Source: a virus
Length of the DNA stretch: 64,000 nucleotides
IMG/VR virus record: IMGVR_UViG_3300025122_006404
Location: 1-64,000 of that record
Direction: 5' to 3' (one strand)
The position numbers were made by a program, and so were the translations under genes. Every line of letters starts with the position of its first letter. Position 1 is the first letter of the stretch. The notes under the pieces were generated by a model, which worked only from the letters and a program-made list of their open reading frames with translations, was not told the origin of the DNA and ran no database searches. This document shows positions 58,376 through 64,000 of this stretch, piece by piece.

Positions 58376-58414
58376 GCTGATCTGAATCACTAAATCATAA
58401 GAGTTAACTTAACT

Positions 58415-58442
58415 GAGACACACTCTGGTGTCTCTATTTTTT
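58415..58442 (+). terminator. intrinsic terminator-like hairpin
   Basis: GAGACAC-actctg-GTGTCTC followed by TATTTTTT. Confidence 0.6.
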
Positions 58443-58459
58443 ACATAAGGAGAAGAAAA

Positions 58460-58549
58460 ATGATGAGTATAATGGGAGCATCTATGTTTGCCTCACTCTG
58501 GCTTTTAGCTGGAGGCGCAATGATCGTCGTCACTCTACACGATGAATAG
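58460..58549 (+). CDS. 29-aa single-TM peptide
   Basis: TAAGGAG RBS; hydrophobic sequence. Confidence 0.5.
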   Translation: MMSIMGASMFASLWLLAGGAMIVVTLHDE

Positions 58550-58559
58550 ATAATAAACG

Positions 58560-58588
58560 ATGTAGATAACAAGCCTGTGTGGTATAAT
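58560..58588 (+). promoter_or_regulatory. class I promoter ATGTAG-N17-TATAAT
   Basis: heads the dense MKxGDLV array. Confidence 0.7.
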
Positions 58589-58623
58589 GATAGAGTTCCA
58601 CACGCTACAAGGAAATCATCATA

Positions 58624-58920
58624 GTGAAAGTCGGAGATCTGGTGTGGTATAATGTAGGAGGATCACAAGAAATGGGAATAATCCTACAGAGAAAAATGAT
58701 GAAACTAGACGAATCTTTCGGGCTTCAGGATATGGTCCTTATTCTATGGAGCAAAGCTGGGAAAAAAGAGAGTCTAGATCCTCGGGGTCTTAGGCCGCGG
58801 ACCTACGATGAGAATGGTCGACGATGGTCTCACTACTCTAAAGATAGGTCGATCTCCTGGGTGCGAGCCAAAACTTCAAGCGGATCTAGCATGTTTAAGG
58901 TGATCAGTGAAAGTCGGTGA
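58624..58920 (+). CDS. MKxGDLV family protein
   Basis: MKVGDLVWY..MGIIL..ILWS..FKVISESR. Confidence 0.75.
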   Translation: MKVGDLVWYNVGGSQEMGIILQRKMMKLDESFGLQDMVLILWSKAGKKESLDPRGLRPRTYDENGRRWSHYSKDRSISWVRAKTSSGSSMFKVISESR

Positions 58921-59107
58921 CCTGGTTTATATTTGTCCCGGTGATTCCACCATCGGAGTGTTTCTAGGCCCAGATGAAGATTATTTCTCGTATGAGCCCG
59001 AATCGAACGGGACGGTGCATCCTCTTAACCGATCTGAGGTATTTTTCGATAAAATCATTTGTTCTGTCCCAACGTTTCAACTTGAAGCAATCAATGAAAA
59101 TAGGTGA
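58907..59107 (+). CDS. MKxGDLV family protein
   Basis: MKVGDLVYI..IGVFL..LEAINENR. Confidence 0.75.
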   Translation: MKVGDLVYICPGDSTIGVFLGPDEDYFSYEPESNGTVHPLNRSEVFFDKIICSVPTFQLEAINENR

Positions 59108-59291
59108 TTTAGTCACAGTTAAAGATAAAGATAGCCACGGAATAATTGTCGGAAGATTTCAAGCTTCACCTGGCCTATCACGTGGGTATCTAGTGCTTAT
59201 TGAAGAAGAGATTGAGGAACGTTATAAATATGAGCTCTCAGTGAGGAAAGACTATGCAACCCGGAGACCTAGTAAGGTTTATGAAAAGTAA
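59094..59291 (+). CDS. MKxGDLV family protein
   Basis: MKIGDLVTVK..HGIIV..YLVL; start at ATG 59094. Confidence 0.72.
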   Translation: MKIGDLVTVKDKDSHGIIVGRFQASPGLSRGYLVLIEEEIEERYKYELSVRKDYATRRPSKVYEK

Positions 59292-59436
59292 TATGAAGGA
59301 CCCAGAGTGGAGAATTGGAATACTTATTGAATACCAGAAGTGGGAAAAAATTGCTAGAATTTTATACGAGGGAAAAGTAATATCAATGAGGCCAGACCTT
59401 GTACAAGTTTATAAAAGAGGTAATAATTTAAAATGA
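59254..59436 (+). CDS. MKxGDLV family protein
   Basis: MQPGDLVRF..IGILIEYQKWEKIARILYEG. Confidence 0.72.
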   Translation: MQPGDLVRFMKSNMKDPEWRIGILIEYQKWEKIARILYEGKVISMRPDLVQVYKRGNNLK

Positions 59437-59663
59437 ATCAAATTATGGATTGGAATGGTCGCTGTCACAGGTGCGGAGCTGAAACAGTTTTTCACACGAT
59501 GTCTATATTTGACTGTGCACTTGTTTGCAAGAAGTGTTTTGACAGTGAAAGTAAGCATCCCAAGTATCTGCCAACTTCAACAAAAAAGCCTTCATCTACT
59601 TCGAGAGAAACCCCAGAGGTTTCTGGATCACTAGAGGAGTCAGCGGATGAAGTGGGAAGTTAA
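59433..59663 (+). CDS. small zinc-finger protein
   Basis: CHRC..CKKC. Confidence 0.65.
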   Translation: MNQIMDWNGRCHRCGAETVFHTMSIFDCALVCKKCFDSESKHPKYLPTSTKKPSSTSRETPEVSGSLEESADEVGS

Positions 59664-59814
59664 AAAATTTAAAAACGGATGGGGAATCTTTCTAATGAAA
59701 GAGTTCTGTAAGACCGACGAACCAGTATGTTATGGGCTTAGCCTAAACAAGAAATCAGCTAAGAAAGCTGTTGAAAGATTAAACAATCCAATGTACGTTG
59801 AAGATCTATCATGA
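59647..59814 (+). CDS. hypothetical protein (55 aa)
   Basis: GAGGAG RBS; MKWEVKKF.. Confidence 0.55.
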   Translation: MKWEVKKFKNGWGIFLMKEFCKTDEPVCYGLSLNKKSAKKAVERLNNPMYVEDLS

Positions 59815-59897
59815 AAAAGAGAATAATTGAAGCAGGACTTTTTATGACTTTGATGATTTTGTGTACAGCCCTGGTATTTGTTCTAGCTGGAATGTAA
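59811..59897 (+). CDS. 28-aa single-TM peptide
   Basis: ATGA-coupled, hydrophobic. Confidence 0.45.
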   Translation: MKKRIIEAGLFMTLMILCTALVFVLAGM

Positions 59898-60092
59898 GTG
59901 AAAGTTGGAGACTTGGTACACTGGCTTGATTCTGTTGAGCTAGAAAAGGGATTAGGGATGGTGATAAAAATTGTGAGGAAACCCAAGATCACAGACTGCG
60001 GATTCTATAGCGAATATCATATTCTTTCTGATGAGCCCGATATAAGGGCGTTTTTAGATTATGAATTAAAGGCACTAAGTGAAGCTAGTTAG
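59898..60092 (+). CDS. MKxGDLV family protein
   Basis: MKVGDLVHW..LGMVI..YHIL..ELKALSEAS. Confidence 0.75.
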   Translation: MKVGDLVHWLDSVELEKGLGMVIKIVRKPKITDCGFYSEYHILSDEPDIRAFLDYELKALSEAS

Positions 60093-60384
60093 AGACCGAA
60101 TTCCTCAAATAATTGAAGAAGGAGGAGGGTCGTGTGAATATCACGTTGCTGATTCTGATGAGTTTAAACAAAGACTATCTGACAAGATGAGGGAAGAGCT
60201 TAATGAGTTTATCGTTGATCCTTGTGTGGAAGAGGCAGCCGACATGCTTGAAGTCTTATTTGCGTTAACAGAGACTATCGACGTGGACTTCGAAGATGTT
60301 TTAGAAGTTGCACATAATAAGTTTGAAAAGCGAGGAGGCTTTAAAAACAGGATAGTCTTGGAGAAAGTAAATGAGATTGAGTAA
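60079..60384 (+). CDS. MazG-like/PRA-PH nucleoside triphosphate pyrophosphohydrolase
   Basis: KLVRDRIPQII, EELNE..EEAADMLE, K..KRGGF. Confidence 0.85.
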   Translation: MKLVRDRIPQIIEEGGGSCEYHVADSDEFKQRLSDKMREELNEFIVDPCVEEAADMLEVLFALTETIDVDFEDVLEVAHNKFEKRGGFKNRIVLEKVNEIE

Positions 60385-60547
60385 TCTAATCTTAGGATTA
60401 TTTTTTGGATGTAATTCTGGGCTTTACCCATTAAACAATAGCTGTCCAGGCGGAAATGATTGTTGGTGTGAATGGGATACAGGGCATCAATATTATCCAC
60501 TGTTAGATGAATTTGGTAATATTATGTGTGACACGGGGGAAGAATGA
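60371..60547 (+). CDS. small Cys-rich putative lipoprotein (58 aa)
   Basis: MRLSNLILGLFFG-C; 14-nt overlap with upstream gene. Confidence 0.5.
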   Translation: MRLSNLILGLFFGCNSGLYPLNNSCPGGNDCWCEWDTGHQYYPLLDEFGNIMCDTGEE

Positions 60548-60714
60548 AAGTTGGTGATTTGGTACAGAACGAGGAATTCGTCGGAATAGTCTTAAAGGCT
60601 GGAATAAACATGTGGGGTGAAGAGGTGATTCCGTCTGGCGTGCAAGTTTTGTGGAACGACGGCGAGATAGAAGTTGATTGGGAAGATGAGCTGGAGGTAA
60701 TTGGTGAAATCTAA
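60544..60714 (+). CDS. MKxGDLV family protein (56 aa, not in ORF track)
   Basis: MKVGDLVQN..VGIVL..VQVLWNDG..DELEVIGEI. Confidence 0.75.
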   Translation: MKVGDLVQNEEFVGIVLKAGINMWGEEVIPSGVQVLWNDGEIEVDWEDELEVIGEI

Positions 60715-60988
60715 GGAGTGGTATCTTTATGTTGTTGAGTGCAGCGATGGAACATTCTACACCGGAGTGACTACTGATATTCCTCGCAGGGTAAATGAGC
60801 ATAACACAAGCGCAAGAGGAGCAAAGTACACTCGCAGTCGTCGACCGGTGAGAACGGTGTACTGGCGTAAGATGGAAGATAAGTCCTCAGCACAGACGGA
60901 AGAGTCCAAGTTTAAAAGACTAAGTCGAAAACAAAAGCAGGAAATAATTTCAAGTCACCTTTTGGAGAAGATAGGTGAACATAGGTGA
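60704..60988 (+). CDS. GIY-YIG nuclease (UPF0213/YhbQ-like)
   Basis: WYLYVVECSDGTFYTGVT, RR..EHN, GAKYTR.RRPV. Confidence 0.9.
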   Translation: MKSKEWYLYVVECSDGTFYTGVTTDIPRRVNEHNTSARGAKYTRSRRPVRTVYWRKMEDKSSAQTEESKFKRLSRKQKQEIISSHLLEKIGEHR

Positions 60989-61181
60989 TCTGGTGAAAAT
61001 TGTTCCAAATAAGCCTCGGCATTATTACTCAAGCCAACATCAGGCTGGTTCAGAATTAGAAATTGTCGGAATTCTAGTGAGCTTTGAGAAAAAGGAAAAA
61101 GATGGCGGTTGGGTAATTATGACCGGTAGCAGCTTAGAGACATACATTTCTACTTGGTGGAGCTGCGAGGTTATATCATGA
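60975..61181 (+). CDS. MKxGDLV family protein
   Basis: MNIGDLVKI..VGILV..CEVIS. Confidence 0.75.
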   Translation: MNIGDLVKIVPNKPRHYYSSQHQAGSELEIVGILVSFEKKEKDGGWVIMTGSSLETYISTWWSCEVIS

Positions 61182-61321
61182 ATTACATAGTGAATTACGC
61201 TGTTGGTAGCATGTTATGTGCATATATTTTTGGATTTATAACAGGCTGCTTAGTAGAAACTTATTATAGAGACTCAATGAATTTACAGAAAAAAGCTAAC
61301 AAAAACAATGAAAGCCGGTGA
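61178..61321 (+). CDS. 47-aa membrane peptide
   Basis: ATGA-coupled; ends NESR in the 14-nt junction. Confidence 0.5.
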   Translation: MNYIVNYAVGSMLCAYIFGFITGCLVETYYRDSMNLQKKANKNNESR

Positions 61322-61490
61322 GATGGTGAGATTCCGCACTAAGTCAAAATCATTTTTTTCTAGATATGAGACCTGGGAAATGGGGTTGCTAATTGAATAT
61401 CACAATTGGGAAAAGATCGCTATGATACTCTACAGGGGAAAAATATTTAGAGTTAGAGAATCAGATACCCAGAGATTAGAGGAAAAGTAA
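61308..61490 (+). CDS. MKxGDLV family protein (close paralog of 59254)
   Basis: MKAGEMVRF..MGLLIEYHNWEKIAMILYRG. Confidence 0.72.
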   Translation: MKAGEMVRFRTKSKSFFSRYETWEMGLLIEYHNWEKIAMILYRGKIFRVRESDTQRLEEK

Positions 61491-61493
61491 AAG

Positions 61494-62339
61494 ATGATAT
61501 CTTGGGAAAAAAAATTTCTTTTTATCCACCCCCAAAAAACAGGTGGAACTTCTATTAAAGATATATTAAAAAAATATGAAGAGAGAGGGATGTTTGATAC
61601 CTATGCGAGTGAATATTTTGATGGCTTAGAAGAAAATAATTGGAGAACTCATGAGGAATTTATTAAAAATTTTAGACAGACATTGCATCCTGGATTTCAA
61701 GAACATCTAGGCAACACGCGCCGCCCAAAATTTAAAACTAATAATTTTTATCACCTTAGTTATGAACAGTATAAGTCTCTGATCCCCTTGGAACTTTTAA
61801 ACGGGTTATGTAAATTTGCCACTATTAGAAATCCATTTGATAGAATGATTTCTTTATACTTGTTCGACAATAACAACGAGTTCAATAGAGATGATTTTGT
61901 TAATAATATAAAGGAAAAACAGCATCAGCTGTTCAACGCCTGGAATCCCCAAGTCTATCATATACAGAATATAGTTCTTTCCCCCGCCGCAGACCCTCTT
62001 CCACCGGAAGAGATTCCTGGCTGGTATAGCAAGGCATCCAATGTCAAAAGAATATCTGTGGGAGGTGGTGTTGATTTTTGTTTAAAATTTGAAAGGGAGC
62101 TCCGGGATCCCATTATAATAAACAACTTATGTAACTTCTTAGGGGTTGAGTCTAAGACTCTCCGTCATTTAAATAAAAATACAGGTACCCATCGAAAACA
62201 CTATTCACATTACTATGATTCGGAATTAAGGACTCTTGTGGAGGATGCTTACTGCCTCGATCTTGAAATACTCAATTATGATTTTGAAGAAGATAGAAAA
62301 TATTTTTCACTTTCATCTCCCACGAGCTCTGAAGAGTAA
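61494..62339 (+). CDS. sulfotransferase family 2 protein
   Basis: FLFIHPQKTGGTSI, IRNPFDRMISLY, HYSHYYD. Confidence 0.85.
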   Translation: MISWEKKFLFIHPQKTGGTSIKDILKKYEERGMFDTYASEYFDGLEENNWRTHEEFIKNFRQTLHPGFQEHLGNTRRPKFKTNNFYHLSYEQYKSLIPLELLNGLCKFATIRNPFDRMISLYLFDNNNEFNRDDFVNNIKEKQHQLFNAWNPQVYHIQNIVLSPAADPLPPEEIPGWYSKASNVKRISVGGGVDFCLKFERELRDPIIINNLCNFLGVESKTLRHLNKNTGTHRKHYSHYYDSELRTLVEDAYCLDLEILNYDFEEDRKYFSLSSPTSSEE

Positions 62340-62404
62340 GGAATAATTAGCTGTGCGCATTATTCAGCCTGGATCATTTTTGGTATAATGGTAGAGGCTA
62401 TAAA

Positions 62405-62623
62405 GTGAATAAGAAAGAAGCAGTAAATCATCCTGAGCACTATAATCAGGGGAAGATTGAGATAATTGATGCCATCGAGGATTGGGATCTTAATTTCTGT
62501 GAGGGAAATGTAATTAAATACGTGGCTCGACATCGTCATAAGGGAGTTCCCCTTGAAGATCTTAAAAAGGCAAGATGGTATCTTGATCGATTGATTTCGA
62601 GCTGGGAAAAAATAAAGGAATAA
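62405..62623 (+). CDS. DUF3310 family protein
   Basis: VNHPEHYNQGKIE, GNVIKY..R, EDLKKARWYL. Confidence 0.88.
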   Translation: MNKKEAVNHPEHYNQGKIEIIDAIEDWDLNFCEGNVIKYVARHRHKGVPLEDLKKARWYLDRLISSWEKIKE

Positions 62624-62629
62624 AGAAAA

Positions 62630-63685
62630 ATGGGTGGATCTGACTCGATAGTCTTTAATCAGCAAAAATCATTAATTGATATTTTTTTGGAACACGATAT
62701 TTTTCGTGTAGAAAATATTAAAAAAATTGCATGGCTCGGCCTTTCAGATTTTAATAATGAGACTCTGCAACATTACAGTAAACTATTTCCTGAGGCAGAA
62801 ATGAATCTCTTCGATATAGATTTAGGCAACTGGGATATTAACAAGTCATGGGATAATATTAGATCCTTTGACCTGGTGGTGTGTCATAGAGTAACTCCCT
62901 ATGTAGATGACATGGATAACTTTGTAGAGGAATTAAAAAAGTGTATTCAGTATAATAAAAATGTTATTTGTGATTTCACCTTGTATGCAAAATATTTGGG
63001 TGACTTTAAAGACGTTCACCCCCATTGGGAGAAAGGCTCGGGTCGGGCTGCCCCAGGACTAGAGGGAAATAAATTTGATTTTAGAAATATTTTTAATTTT
63101 AGATTATTTCACAATGTCGAGAGTTCAAATCCGCACAATATTCATGTTATTCCGCTTAAAGAGGGAGAGTACCTAAGCTTCCCATATCCCTCTGTACCCG
63201 ATGCATTTACAGAAAAAAACCTGATCGAAGAAGGTATTATTCCCGATTTTCATGTTTCTCTCCTCAATTTAATAAAAGCGGATGTTTTGACATATGCTCT
63301 GTGGGCTTCAACCAAAACAAAGATATCTCAGAAGAACATTTTTAGGAAGATGATTTCGGCTTCCTATGGATATGACCTGTCTGTTCGAGAAATTCCCCGC
63401 GATTCTCATTTTTTCGAAAATCCCAAAAGTGAGAATGAAGATGAAAACAAGATGAAAACCAATAAAGAAAAATATGATGATCTTATGCTTCGATTTGCGA
63501 AAGAGATGCATGAGGTTGGAGTTACAGAGGGGATGAAGAAGATTGTAGAGGCCCAACTTAATAGAATGCCCAATTCTGTTCAGAGCAGCGCAGACGAGAC
63601 GACTCGCAAATTCACCTATATTCATGACGGTTACATGATTCAAGCCGAGCAAAAAGTTACTTTGACGGTAAAGAAGTGCAAGTAG
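62630..63685 (+). CDS. methyltransferase-like N-terminal domain plus unrelated C-terminal domain
   Basis: IAWLG..FDID..WDIN..FDLVVC; possible internal start at 63452. Confidence 0.55.
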   Translation: MGGSDSIVFNQQKSLIDIFLEHDIFRVENIKKIAWLGLSDFNNETLQHYSKLFPEAEMNLFDIDLGNWDINKSWDNIRSFDLVVCHRVTPYVDDMDNFVEELKKCIQYNKNVICDFTLYAKYLGDFKDVHPHWEKGSGRAAPGLEGNKFDFRNIFNFRLFHNVESSNPHNIHVIPLKEGEYLSFPYPSVPDAFTEKNLIEEGIIPDFHVSLLNLIKADVLTYALWASTKTKISQKNIFRKMISASYGYDLSVREIPRDSHFFENPKSENEDENKMKTNKEKYDDLMLRFAKEMHEVGVTEGMKKIVEAQLNRMPNSVQSSADETTRKFTYIHDGYMIQAEQKVTLTVKKCK

Positions 63686-63903
63686 GTGATTTGGTTATTC
63701 CGTGGGCAAGTTATCCACCAGCCTTCCCGTCTTTTTCAGATATCACAAGAAGTGATATCGGTATAGTAACCCAGCTGACAAGGATCGACGGCGATGCCAT
63801 CGCCTGGGTTTTCTGGAATGACGGAAAGCATGAGTGGTCACCCAGAAAAGATATTGCAGTAATAAGCGATAGAGAAGAAGATTGGTTCAAACGAAAGCCA
63901 TAA
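63676..63903 (+). CDS. MKxGDLV family protein
   Basis: MQVGDLVIP..IGIVT..VFWNDG..DIAVIS. Confidence 0.75.
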   Translation: MQVGDLVIPWASYPPAFPSFSDITRSDIGIVTQLTRIDGDAIAWVFWNDGKHEWSPRKDIAVISDREEDWFKRKP

Positions 63904-63924
63904 TTATAATACGGAGACGTTAAC

Positions 63925-64000
63925 ATGAAAAAGGGAGACAGGGTGAAGATAAGAACATGTATGTCTAATTCTGGTGATTTTTCGATGTCTGGAAATGTGA
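63925..64000 (+). CDS. MKxGD family protein, truncated by window end
   Basis: GGAG RBS; MKKGDRVKIR. Confidence 0.6.
   Translation, partial: MKKGDRVKIRTCMSNSGDFSMSGNV

Overview
This AT-rich, gene-dense, mostly plus-strand segment is best read as part of a large ('huge/jumbo') bacteriophage genome. That is an inference: there are Shine-Dalgarno sites, sigma70-type promoters, a C-family DnaE polymerase, many small orphan ORFs and six tRNAs, and no ribosomal-protein operons, but no capsid or terminase gene lies in the window. Content in order: DnaE; a nucleotide/sugar metabolism block (HxGH transferase, dNMP kinase fused to a thymidylate-synthase-like domain, epimerase, IMPDH/GMPR, thymidine kinase, DHH, dCMP deaminase); probable late/virion-associated proteins sharing an amphipathic 'LRxxIxE..LxE' motif, including several nucleotidyltransferase domains; DinG helicase; GroEL; a sigma70 missing region 4.2 followed by a separate HTH gene; peptide deformylase, DNA ligase, GreA; a lipoprotein island (vWA, three thioredoxin-like proteins, proteases); TilS; a tRNA cluster with a Cys-less QueF; DnaJ; a complete glyoxylate shunt (aceB-aceA); and a long array of small 'MKxGDLV' KOW/SH3-like genes. 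Strongest candidates for new biology: (1) a split sigma factor together with a recurrent non-canonical promoter, NTGTAA-N17-TA(T/A)AAT; (2) a cassette-like array of mini-genes joined by a stereotyped 14-nt dual-frame junction; (3) a putative capsid-targeting/processing motif on enzymes behind a second promoter motif (ATATTTA); (4) a dNMP kinase fused to a minimal cytosine-type TS-like domain. All functional calls come from motifs read by eye; no searches were run.
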